A DNA stretch of 64,000 nt from Pseudomonadales bacterium. Lineage in GTDB: Bacteria; Pseudomonadota; Gammaproteobacteria; Pseudomonadales; Azotimanducaceae. The stretch lies in the NCBI GenBank assembly GCA_963921285.3, contig CAWUFD020000006.1, positions 11,795-75,794 on the forward strand, given 5' to 3'. This document shows, piece by piece, positions 1 to 8,954 of the stretch; the stretch's first letter is position 1; the number at the start of each line of letters is the position of its first letter. Position numbers and translations under genes: made by a program. The notes under the pieces are model-generated. The model saw only the letters and a list, made by a program, of their open reading frames with translations. It was not told the origin of the DNA and searched no databases.

Positions 1-765
1 GACGCCAATGAACACCAGGGAAAAATCATCCGGTACAACCTCAGACCGCGGTCGAAACTTCGAAATATCAGTCCCGTGCGGTCCAAAGATCACGTTGTCT
101 ATTTCTGGGAGATTTCGGGCGCGACAGATACCTCGAATCTCGTCAACATCCTGTTGCCCGATAAGTACCGTTCTTGAAAAGTCACGCCAAAGGTTCGCCT
201 CATAACCCTGTAGAAGGTAGTTCTCCACTGAGTACAGGGCTTTCTCTCTAAAGTTCTGGTAGTTCGCAATCATTCGCCGCGTGTTTAATGACTGGGATAG
301 CTGCATCGCAACGATGGTTGCCTTGCCTGGATGCATTTTTCTCATTGATTCTGCACTACGTATATAGTAGCTGTAGCAAAGATCCACTTCAGACGCCCCT
401 TCGGCCAGGGACTGAGTCTGGCGCTGGTTTTGGAACCAACCAACCTGCAAGGGATGTCCCTTAAGCAGTCCTTTCAGAGCCCCAAAAACACTCTGAACCA
501 GTCCATGTCTCACAATCACCAGCTTTCGACAGCGATCACCAAGCCAATCTGACTGCTCGGTAGTCATAGATTCACCAGTATCCAGACAATAAAGATCTAC
601 TCGATGCCCTCTTGCCCAAAGAAACGAAATCAGATGGGCCACCGTCATCTGGTCCGCTCTGGTCATCGGAAGTGGAGTTCTTGAGTAAGCGATCGCGATT
701 GCGAATGTCCGCTCAGCCGGCTGGACATCCATTTCCATGGGCAAGTTGGCTGATGAAGAGCTCAT
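1..765 (-). CDS. Glycosyltransferase, GT-B fold (GT4 / group-1 type). Partial: N-terminal 255 codons, 3' end lies beyond the window start
   Basis: Absent from the ORF track because it runs off the window. I checked every frame-1 triplet from 1 to 765 for reverse-complement stops and found none. Translation from ATG 765-763: MSSSSANLPMEMDVQPAERTFAIAIAYSRTPLPMTRADQMTVAHLISFLWARGHRVDLYCL...NVIFGPHGTDISKFRP...FSLVFIGV. This layout is typical of GT4 sugar transferases (EpsH1-associated type). It lies 20 nt downstream of the preceding gene on the same strand. Confidence 0.65.
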   Translation of the reverse strand, partial: MSSSSANLPMEMDVQPAERTFAIAIAYSRTPLPMTRADQMTVAHLISFLWARGHRVDLYCLDTGESMTTEQSDWLGDRCRKLVIVRHGLVQSVFGALKGLLKGHPLQVGWFQNQRQTQSLAEGASEVDLCYSYYIRSAESMRKMHPGKATIVAMQLSQSLNTRRMIANYQNFREKALYSVENYLLQGYEANLWRDFSRTVLIGQQDVDEIRGICRARNLPEIDNVIFGPHGTDISKFRPRSEVVPDDFSLVFIGV

Positions 766-785
766 TTGCTTCTAATGCCTGAATG

Positions 786-2063
786 TCAGAGACGGGTTAG
801 ATTCAATGTTGCCATTTCTGAATCCAGCGATTGAACAACCGAATCCATTTGTTTACCAATGATCACTAAATCAGGTTCGCCAGCTTCATGCAGGCTGTTA
901 ACAAGAAGCCGCGAGAGGTGCGGTAAGTGATCATCTACGTACTGTGAATTTGCACCTATCAAAGTTCTACCTTGCAAGTCAGGGTCGATAATCTTCAGAT
1001 CATATCCTTTTCCCAGTAAGGTCTCCGCCAGATCGACTAACGGGCTCTCACGAAGATCGTCAGTATCAGATTTAAACGAGAGTCCAAGCAGTAGGATTTT
1101 AGAGCCTGGTGTCACTTTGCCGAACACGAGTTGCGCCAGATACGACTTATGCGAGGCGTTTGACTGCAAGGTCGAAGATATCAAAGGGATATCAACTCCT
1201 TGTGACTCTGCAAATGCTCTGATCGCACGCAGATCTTTTGGTAAGCAAGATCCCCCGAAAGGACCACCTGGTCTAAAATAGGCGGGCGAGATGTTCAGCC
1301 GTGTGTCCACAAGAAACGCATCAATGACCTGCTGTGGGTTCACAGATAAGCTCAATGCGATTCTTCCAATTTCGTTTCCAAAAGCAACCTTGATAGCGTG
1401 AAACGAATTATCCGTGAGTTTGATCATCTCTGCCGTCGAAAACGGCAATTCAAAGACTGGTGCTTCGATACCAGAATAGAGTCCGCGCAGTTGCTGCGAT
1501 GCACCAGGTTTCGCCTCCCCTATCACTATTTTCGCCGGCGCATAATAGTCGGCAATGGCTGACGACTCTCTTAGAAACTCCGGGTTGAATGCAAGATCAT
1601 AGTCAGCGCCAGGTTCACCTGCCAGATCCAGAAGGATAGGTGAAATCACGCTCTCCATGGTGCCAGGAGGTAAGGTGCTGCGATAGACAATCAAGGGGCG
1701 TTCTGCTGATTCCTCTAATTTCGATATCGCCAGTCCAATCTCGCGTGTCACAGATCTAACAAAGCTAAGATCAAGACTGCCCGATGGATGTGAGGGAGTA
1801 CCCACGCACACCAATACGACATCCGTACCCGAAAGGTTAGCTTCTATCGAAGTCGACGCTTCCAATCGGTTTTCAGCAACACCCCTGGCCAGCAACTCAT
1901 TGACGCCAGGTTCTGATACAGGGGATATCCCGGAAGCCACGTCAGCAACTTTTGAGTCATTAACATCTACTCCCACTACGTGATGTCCGTCATTGACAAG
2001 ACACGCCGCCGTCGTGACGCCCACATACCCCAAACCACAAACCATAATCTTCATAACAACCAC
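786..2063 (-). CDS. Nucleotide-sugar 6-dehydrogenase, pattern closest to GDP-mannose 6-dehydrogenase (AlgD family)
   Basis: Motifs GLGYVG (Rossmann), VGTPS..G.LDL, NPEFLRESSAI.DY, catalytic-Cys motif GGSCLPKDLRA and LLGLSFKSDTDDLRESPLVDLAETLLGKGY are colinear with AlgD as I recall it. The start is probably the internal MKIM at 2054. Confidence 0.8.
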   Translation of the reverse strand: MVVMKIMVCGLGYVGVTTAACLVNDGHHVVGVDVNDSKVADVASGISPVSEPGVNELLARGVAENRLEASTSIEANLSGTDVVLVCVGTPSHPSGSLDLSFVRSVTREIGLAISKLEESAERPLIVYRSTLPPGTMESVISPILLDLAGEPGADYDLAFNPEFLRESSAIADYYAPAKIVIGEAKPGASQQLRGLYSGIEAPVFELPFSTAEMIKLTDNSFHAIKVAFGNEIGRIALSLSVNPQQVIDAFLVDTRLNISPAYFRPGGPFGGSCLPKDLRAIRAFAESQGVDIPLISSTLQSNASHKSYLAQLVFGKVTPGSKILLLGLSFKSDTDDLRESPLVDLAETLLGKGYDLKIIDPDLQGRTLIGANSQYVDDHLPHLSRLLVNSLHEAGEPDLVIIGKQMDSVVQSLDSEMATLNLTRL

Positions 2064-2082
2064 CGCTTGAAACGCGAACCTC

Positions 2083-3864
2083 TCACGACACCACTTTGAT
2101 AAAGCGACTTAACTGAGAATCATCTGGCATCACAGCCGAGTCTGACCAACCCACCCACATCGCCGAAACATGGCGATCATTCTGACGAACCGGGTTGATC
2201 GAAAACGAATGGGCAGCCATTTCCAAACCAAAACGAGGCCAATGGCTACTTTCTACAGCTGGAGACATCTGTCCAATCAGTGCTTTAACGTCCACCTGTG
2301 TATCCTCCTGACAAAACTGCATCCCCGTGCCAGTCTTACGCCAGGATGTTGGAATAAGAAAGCGACTGAAACAGTCCTTAGGCTCCTCACACACCACCAC
2401 ATCAATGACAAGTAGACTCTCTTCTGGCCACAGGAACAGGAATCGACGAACCTCAGATCTAAGATGGGCGTAACCATCATGAGATCCAGCGCTACACAGT
2501 GGAGCAAGGTCTGCAAAACATGATGAATCAAGCTCGACGGCCTTGCCACGACGACCGACTCTGAACGACTTCCAGAACTCTATAGGTTCTTCACCTTTAA
2601 TTGACGGCCCATTGTGACATGACGCCGATCGGGACAGGTTACGCAATTTGCCTTCGGAATAGGTAGGGACACCAGGGTCAACGAAAAATCTATGACCATT
2701 GATCGAAAGTTCAATCGATAAGAAATCGGCATGAGCATGTCCTGGGTTGTCATCAGGACCACAAGGCCCACAATCGAAGATAACTACATCAGACTCACGC
2801 CCCATTCGAACATATCCAGTAGAAGGCGATCTGGCGAACTCCGTCATATCGACGTTTTGAAGAAACCCTGCTGCCCGGGGAGCTTCCCCAATCCATGAAT
2901 CATTGAACAACGCAATATCTCCGTCAGGATGAGTTACAACTGCCAGCGCATCCTTCATCAGACTTTTAGTACTGGTTAGTTTTGCAACGAACTCATCACC
3001 TAAAACACCACTGGAAGAGAGCACATCAAGATCATTCATGCACAACACATGATACATTGGACATCTCTCAGAGTGCCCACCATCCGGCAGGACATTCTGC
3101 TCAATTGACCGATCAATTGCCGACGGCAGGTCACTTAAAGATTTTGGCAGATGGCCAACGGCTGAAGCGTAAACTGCGAGACTCACGTAGTTCTTAAGAA
3201 GATGATTGTATTGAAGATCTCGCTCAAGATTCTCTAAAACAAAGGCCACGCAGAATCGGATATGAGTCATGATTACATCATGACTGCGGATTTCCAGCGT
3301 CCCCCCTGAACGAAGGAACAGAGCTAACCCCGCAAGAAGATTTATCACTCTGTGACTGACGGTGTATGCATTCCAGACATCACGGAAAACGCCCGGAATC
3401 GACCAGTGATTTTGTTTCTCCAATTCGGCCAGAATTTGAGAAACTAACTTCAAATCACTCTGCCGGCCTTCGGCAAGCAACGGAACCACATAACCCATAT
3501 ACGCCAGTGTCATGCGCCGAAGTGGATTATTCCGTTCCTCCTTGAATTCTTCACGCCATCTGATTCCATCTACATCTCCGAAGTCGTACTTCTGATTCAG
3601 AAGAAGAAATCGCCCGGATCTAACGTCAGTGAAGTCATCACAGTAAACCGTCGACTGCAGCCTCAGCACAGCTTCTGCAGCTTTCAGCAGGTCCGGAGAA
3701 TTCAACTTAGGTACAGGCAACGAGGTCGATGTTCTTTCAATCCGATCGTGGGCCACGCCAGGAAACAATGTCATCCAGACTCGATCACCTCGGCAGACCA
3801 ACCGATACAACCACTGCTCAGCACTAAGGTATTTGACCGTTCGCCACAGCCGAAGAAGGTTCAT
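2083..3864 (-). CDS. Heparinase II/III family protein (polysaccharide-lyase-like or epimerase-like fold)
   Basis: 593 aa. The C-terminal motif GHAHADFLSIELSINGHRFFVDPG is typical of the Hepar_II_III domain. It sits in the recurrent trio with a bi-domain oxidoreductase and an asparagine synthase. Confidence 0.65.
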   Translation of the reverse strand: MNLLRLWRTVKYLSAEQWLYRLVCRGDRVWMTLFPGVAHDRIERTSTSLPVPKLNSPDLLKAAEAVLRLQSTVYCDDFTDVRSGRFLLLNQKYDFGDVDGIRWREEFKEERNNPLRRMTLAYMGYVVPLLAEGRQSDLKLVSQILAELEKQNHWSIPGVFRDVWNAYTVSHRVINLLAGLALFLRSGGTLEIRSHDVIMTHIRFCVAFVLENLERDLQYNHLLKNYVSLAVYASAVGHLPKSLSDLPSAIDRSIEQNVLPDGGHSERCPMYHVLCMNDLDVLSSSGVLGDEFVAKLTSTKSLMKDALAVVTHPDGDIALFNDSWIGEAPRAAGFLQNVDMTEFARSPSTGYVRMGRESDVVIFDCGPCGPDDNPGHAHADFLSIELSINGHRFFVDPGVPTYSEGKLRNLSRSASCHNGPSIKGEEPIEFWKSFRVGRRGKAVELDSSCFADLAPLCSAGSHDGYAHLRSEVRRFLFLWPEESLLVIDVVVCEEPKDCFSRFLIPTSWRKTGTGMQFCQEDTQVDVKALIGQMSPAVESSHWPRFGLEMAAHSFSINPVRQNDRHVSAMWVGWSDSAVMPDDSQLSRFIKVVS

Positions 3865-3878
3865 AAGGATTCGATTTA

Positions 3879-6038
3879 CTAAAGTTCTACGGTCAGACCA
3901 GTTTGTAGCGACTCATTTATGGCTATAGTTGCAAGGCTTGTCTCAACCAGTTCTTGCTCATTCACCGGAGCCTCCAATCCTGTCGCTACTGCAGAAGTAA
4001 AAGCGAGTAGTTGTTGCTTATGCCCTTTATCTTGATCAATTCTGGCTACCTGCTTTCTCTGTCGTCCGTCAGTTGTAACGGAAATCGACCGGAAGTTGTC
4101 AATCGTTATGACTGTGCCTCCAGCGTAAGCTTCGAATAACTCTTTTGAGAATGACGTGTCTCCTTTTGCCGTGTAGGTTATTGAAGCGACGCTACCATCT
4201 GCAAATTTGAGTGTTGCGACCACATCGTCACAAGCATCCCTGGTGACTCTTGCTGCTTCTGCGTGAACAGATACGATGGGTGATCCGACCAGATATCTCG
4301 CAAGATCGACAAAATGACACATCTCTCCCAAAATTCGGCCATTGCCTTCTTCAGCGGCATTCTGCCAGCTTTCCTGAGGCAGCTGTCCGGCATTTATCCG
4401 TAGCATGAGAACGTAAGGCGCAGGGAGCTCAGTCAGTTTCGCTCGCATTTGCACAGCCATAGGAGCAAACCTGCGATTAAACCCAATTTGAAAAAAGCCC
4501 GAGCTGGAGCGACGCGCTGCGATCACACTATTGAGTTGATCACGGTCAAGAGCGAGTGGCTTCTCGACGAATACACATTTACCAGCCACGAGTGCAGCCG
4601 CCGTAAGTCGTGCATGACTGGAATGTGGTGTGGCGATCAGAACAGCATTGATTTCATCTTCACCAAAGATCGTTTCTTCGTCAGAAGTCGAAAACTCAAA
4701 GCCAAATGTGTTCTGAGCGTGCTCTGACGAAATACCTCGCTGGGTGGCGATGGTATGTAGCCTGCAATCGCTCATCTGTTTAAGTTTAGGAAGCAGAACA
4801 GTCCTTGCAAACGATCCTGCCCCTATGACTCCGAGTACGCACTGCCCTGTAGACGATGCGTTTGAGCGAATACCACCAAGCCGTTCGACTGGATCCGATG
4901 ATGTATCTCCATACTTTAGTACAACACCAAGATGAGGTTCCGTATTTTTGGTCACCAAACCGTAGGCTTCTTCGATCTCACTAAAATCATAATGGTGGGT
5001 TATCAAATCACCCATGTTCAATCGATGGGCCCTAGAGGGTGACATTCTCCTCACCACTTCCTCCAGGTTTCTTGTCTCTGTCCAAGGCACCCAACCGACA
5101 GGGTACTTCATCCCTCGATTTTCATAGTCAGAATCGTATCGCCCCGGTCCATATGATCGAGAAACAACTACTGACAGTTCTTTCTGCATGAACTCTCGAT
5201 ATGGAATTTCTGTACCTGTGATTCCAACGAGACTCACAATCGCTCTATCCCGGGCCAGGTTAGCTGCAAGATTAAAGGGTTCACTTGAATCAGTTGCGGC
5301 TGCAATCAACACACCATCGCAGCCCCTGCCTTCAGTGAACTCGAGTACGGGTTCCGAGGGATCCCCATTAGCCAGATTACAAGCAAGCTCAGCTCCCAAA
5401 CTGGTAGCGAGCGCAAGTCGATCCTGATTGTAATCCAATATCACCACCCTGACTCCTGATAACTCCAGAAGTTGTGCAGCAATTTGACCAACCAGACCAG
5501 CACCGATTACTGCAGCACAATCGCCAAATTGCAGTTGTGCATTGCGAACTCCATGGAGAGCAATCGTACCCAAGGTTCCAAAGCAGGCTTCTTCGTCCGA
5601 AACATCGTCGGGTACCGGGGCAGCGAGGTTAATCGGAATAGCGTTAAGTTCTGCATGATTTGCCAAACCTGCGCCTGAAATCGCAACACGCTGCCCTACG
5701 TGGAATTTGCCTTCGACACCATCGCCTACAGCTACGACATCACCACAAGCCGAATAACCGAGTGGCAGCGGTTCATCCAAGCGAGCGAGTACCGCCCGCA
5801 CTGTAGAGCCAATGCCGTCTCTTCTGGTCTTGTCCAGTACCTTCCGAACCAGATCAGGCCTTTCCTTGGCCTTTAAAAGCAGGTTTTTCTTGGCGAAATT
5901 CACCACCATACGTTCTGTACCTGCAGAAATGAGAGAAGATCGTGTCCTCACCAGAATATGCCCCCTGCGAACCCTGGCGTCAGGAACATCTTTCAAAACA
6001 AGTTCGCCTGATCGCGCACTCTGAACGATCTGCTTCAT
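3879..6038 (-). CDS. Bi-domain oxidoreductase: N-terminal Zn-ADH/MDR-like domain fused to a C-terminal Gfo/Idh/MocA domain
   Basis: 719 aa. The N-terminal part has a GroES-like region and the Rossmann motif AVIGAGLVGQIAAQ. The second Rossmann motif GVIGAGSFAR is followed by VFVEKPLA, typical of Gfo/Idh/MocA. A 4-nt overlap links it to the downstream FkbM gene. Confidence 0.75.
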   Translation of the reverse strand: MKQIVQSARSGELVLKDVPDARVRRGHILVRTRSSLISAGTERMVVNFAKKNLLLKAKERPDLVRKVLDKTRRDGIGSTVRAVLARLDEPLPLGYSACGDVVAVGDGVEGKFHVGQRVAISGAGLANHAELNAIPINLAAPVPDDVSDEEACFGTLGTIALHGVRNAQLQFGDCAAVIGAGLVGQIAAQLLELSGVRVVILDYNQDRLALATSLGAELACNLANGDPSEPVLEFTEGRGCDGVLIAAATDSSEPFNLAANLARDRAIVSLVGITGTEIPYREFMQKELSVVVSRSYGPGRYDSDYENRGMKYPVGWVPWTETRNLEEVVRRMSPSRAHRLNMGDLITHHYDFSEIEEAYGLVTKNTEPHLGVVLKYGDTSSDPVERLGGIRSNASSTGQCVLGVIGAGSFARTVLLPKLKQMSDCRLHTIATQRGISSEHAQNTFGFEFSTSDEETIFGEDEINAVLIATPHSSHARLTAAALVAGKCVFVEKPLALDRDQLNSVIAARRSSSGFFQIGFNRRFAPMAVQMRAKLTELPAPYVLMLRINAGQLPQESWQNAAEEGNGRILGEMCHFVDLARYLVGSPIVSVHAEAARVTRDACDDVVATLKFADGSVASITYTAKGDTSFSKELFEAYAGGTVITIDNFRSISVTTDGRQRKQVARIDQDKGHKQQLLAFTSAVATGLEAPVNEQELVETSLATIAINESLQTGLTVEL

Positions 6039-6814
6039 AGGTCTTTTCCTTCGTCAATAAAACGAGCTGGATCCTTTCTAACAAACACCGCATCTTCCTG
6101 ACGAACCCGTCCTGTTCTTTTTGATGTCAAAATCCCAAGAGGGCCTGCATAAGCCAGACCACGATCACTCAGATAACGATAAATCTCATCAAATTCACTT
6201 GCACCTTCATAAGCTTCCTCAAACGGTGCTTCAACAATAAGCGTCTCGACATCGTCCAGACGTTTCCCCATTCCCTTTATGACCTCCAGCTCTGCTCCTT
6301 GAACATCAATTTTCACAAACAAGGGACCTGGCAGTTCACCCAGAAGCGTATCAAGTCTTTTCAACTGGACATCTTCTGTTCTCAGTAGACCGTCACCCGG
6401 TCGATCTTCTACAAACTCTGAGGATGGTTGAAGAAGCGAACTGTTCTGGTTGTTTTTCGTGACAAAAAAGGTCGCATCTCCTTCTCTATCACTCGCCGCG
6501 CAACACTCGACCTGAACTCTGGACTGCTTTTCATAGATCGTTGATATCTGACGAGCCAGGTCTGCTGAAGGCTCTATCCCAACAATTCGGGAATTAGGCC
6601 ACAGTCTGTACGCCATATGCAGAAATTGCCCAAGATTGACCCCGACATCTACCACGGTTGACGGTGTCTGATCGACTATCCAGGGCTTAAGGTATTCATA
6701 CTTTGGCCAGGCACCATACCTGCGAGGAAATCGAAAGAAAAATCGAAATGCCAGAAAGAGCTTCTCTATTTTCCTGAGGCCATAGCCAGGGTCTGAAAGG
6801 AGATTGAAACTCAT
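6035..6814 (-). CDS. FkbM-family SAM-dependent methyltransferase
   Basis: Motifs VVDVGVNLGQF...IVGIEP...FVKIDVQGAELEVIKG, the FkbM signature layout. Confidence 0.75.
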   Translation of the reverse strand: MSFNLLSDPGYGLRKIEKLFLAFRFFFRFPRRYGAWPKYEYLKPWIVDQTPSTVVDVGVNLGQFLHMAYRLWPNSRIVGIEPSADLARQISTIYEKQSRVQVECCAASDREGDATFFVTKNNQNSSLLQPSSEFVEDRPGDGLLRTEDVQLKRLDTLLGELPGPLFVKIDVQGAELEVIKGMGKRLDDVETLIVEAPFEEAYEGASEFDEIYRYLSDRGLAYAGPLGILTSKRTGRVRQEDAVFVRKDPARFIDEGKDL

Positions 6815-6820
6815 TCTTCT

Positions 6821-8728
6821 CTATCCACTAAGATTAAGTTGTGGGGTGTTATCAAGTTTACGGCACCAGGCCTCGATCGCCATGAGAGGAAAAAGAGTCA
6901 TTGCGCCATCAACGCGATCTTCGTAAAAATCTCTACGCAGGCGATCAACCTCATCGGCATCAAACAACATTCTGTCTTCCACCGCTGATTTTGAGGTTAG
7001 CTCTTCCAATAGCGGTCTCGCAGGACCCTTTAGCCAACTACGAACGGGGACACCAAATCCCTGTTTCGGTCGTTGCAGAACTTCCTCAGGTAATCGATTG
7101 CTCTGAGATTTTCTGAGAATTTTCTTCGTGCTGTTTAGAGAGATTAAATCTGATAGCGGCAGGCTTCTCGCGTACTCGACAAGTCTCGGATCACACAGAG
7201 GAACCCGAACTTCAATTCCTTCAAGCATTGCCATCTTGTCGGTATAGTTCAAGTTGTGATCTGGTAAAAAACCCAACATTTCAAGATCAAGAATTCGCTC
7301 TACCGGATGAAGTTGTTTTGTTGCTTCCAGTGACCGGAGAACATTTGGAGAAACTCCTGATTCTGGCAGTTCATGCCAGTGGGACCGATGTACTAACCGC
7401 ATTCTTTGGTCAGACTTCACCCCGGAGAAACTCATCGCATCAACGATCATCGATTCCTCGTCGCGCGAAAGCAGCTCACCGATGCGCTTAACCCTTCTGC
7501 CCATCAGCGTGCCGGCGGGGACGAGAGCCAACATTTGCCCAAGGACCTTCCTTAACACACCCAGGCTGTTAATCTGCTGATAAAACAACGCCGCAGTATG
7601 TCTTCCATAACCAGTAAACAGATCATCCCCACCTACGCCAGACAAAAGCACCTTTACGCCCTTTTGCCTGGCAGCCCTCGCTAGAAACCTGGTTTGGAGA
7701 GCAGAGAAGTCCGCTGTGGGTTCATCCAACGACCAGACCATACTCTCCAACATGTCTATCACGTCGACATCGGTAGCGACTTCCACCAGGTTCACACCGA
7801 AGTGAGCAGCCACCCGTTTAGCAAATTTCTCATCGTCTCCAAAGTTGTCTGCACCTGCTTCAGCCGCTTGAACTGACGCACAGAACGTCGTTATCTGATC
7901 AGGAGGCATCACTCTGCACATGGAGGCAACTATCGCGCTGGAATCGACGCCACCTGACAGCAATGCACCTACCTCGACGTCAGACACCATCTGCTCACCG
8001 ACAACTTCATCGATTAGATTTCGCAGATCCGCATCTGACCCGGGCAGACCGTGGCTCACAGTCGGCACTCTATAGTAGCGCTCGATTTTTACGCCAGAAG
8101 AGTCAACTTTCATGTAACAACCCGGACGAAGTTTCTTTATCTTCCGGATCATCGTTGACTCACCCGCTGTCCACAGAAAACCAAGGTGGTCTGCGACAGC
8201 AATGGGATCAATATCTCGTTTAACGTCAGGGCACAAAACCAGAGACTTCAATTCGCTTGAAAAGAGAAACCCCTTGTCAATCTCGGCGTAATAGAGGGGT
8301 TTGACACCTATCTGATCTCTAGCGATGAAAAGCCGTTTCTCTTTTTGATCCCAGATCGCGAACGCAAATATCCCATGCAATTTCTGTAAACAGCTCTCGC
8401 CCTCACGCATGTAAAGATGCAACAGAACTTCCGTATCACTATGGGCCTTAAACGAAACTCCGACGGATTCAAGGGAGCGTCGCAACGCAACATAGTTATA
8501 TATTTCACCGTTGAACGTAAGGATGTATCGTCCATCTTCACTGAACATTGGCTGCGCTGCGTTATCAGATAGGTCTATTATCGAGAGGCGGGTGTGTCCC
8601 AGTGCCACGTTGCAGCTATCGTCGAGATAGACGCCTTGACCATCGGGACCTCTGTGAGCGAGAGAACCGACCATTTTTTCGATAAGTTCTTCAGGCCAAG
8701 GTCCCATGTAACCAACTATTCCACACAT
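6821..8728 (-). CDS. Asparagine synthase (glutamine-hydrolysing)-like amidotransferase
   Basis: N-terminal nucleophile MCGIVGY, the GATase-II domain, and the PP-loop SGGVDSS. 635 aa. In glycan loci this family amidates uronic acids (WbpS-type). Confidence 0.9.
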   Translation of the reverse strand: MCGIVGYMGPWPEELIEKMVGSLAHRGPDGQGVYLDDSCNVALGHTRLSIIDLSDNAAQPMFSEDGRYILTFNGEIYNYVALRRSLESVGVSFKAHSDTEVLLHLYMREGESCLQKLHGIFAFAIWDQKEKRLFIARDQIGVKPLYYAEIDKGFLFSSELKSLVLCPDVKRDIDPIAVADHLGFLWTAGESTMIRKIKKLRPGCYMKVDSSGVKIERYYRVPTVSHGLPGSDADLRNLIDEVVGEQMVSDVEVGALLSGGVDSSAIVASMCRVMPPDQITTFCASVQAAEAGADNFGDDEKFAKRVAAHFGVNLVEVATDVDVIDMLESMVWSLDEPTADFSALQTRFLARAARQKGVKVLLSGVGGDDLFTGYGRHTAALFYQQINSLGVLRKVLGQMLALVPAGTLMGRRVKRIGELLSRDEESMIVDAMSFSGVKSDQRMRLVHRSHWHELPESGVSPNVLRSLEATKQLHPVERILDLEMLGFLPDHNLNYTDKMAMLEGIEVRVPLCDPRLVEYARSLPLSDLISLNSTKKILRKSQSNRLPEEVLQRPKQGFGVPVRSWLKGPARPLLEELTSKSAVEDRMLFDADEVDRLRRDFYEDRVDGAMTLFPLMAIEAWCRKLDNTPQLNLSG

Positions 8729-8954
8729 AAAGACACTAACCTTTTAAGCAGATAAGTACGTTGACACAGAATTTCCTTCACGAAGAAACTCAATATAGTT
8801 GCTATCCTTATACGATCAGACAATTCAAGCTCTTTGAGAAAACTGTGATACAAGACCATTTCAATGGAACGTTGAAAAGCAGGATGGTCTAATTCAATCC
8901 AATCGCCGCTGGCTGGAAAATTACCCTGCACAAGGATCAAAATCAGGCCGTTTC

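Noticed and set aside
8716-8940. 74-aa ORF (TTG start) filling the gap between the KpsS-like gene and asnB
   Set aside because: It has no recognisable domain and a non-ATG start, and it overlaps the asnB start. It could be a real small protein, but nothing in the sequence supports it beyond being open.
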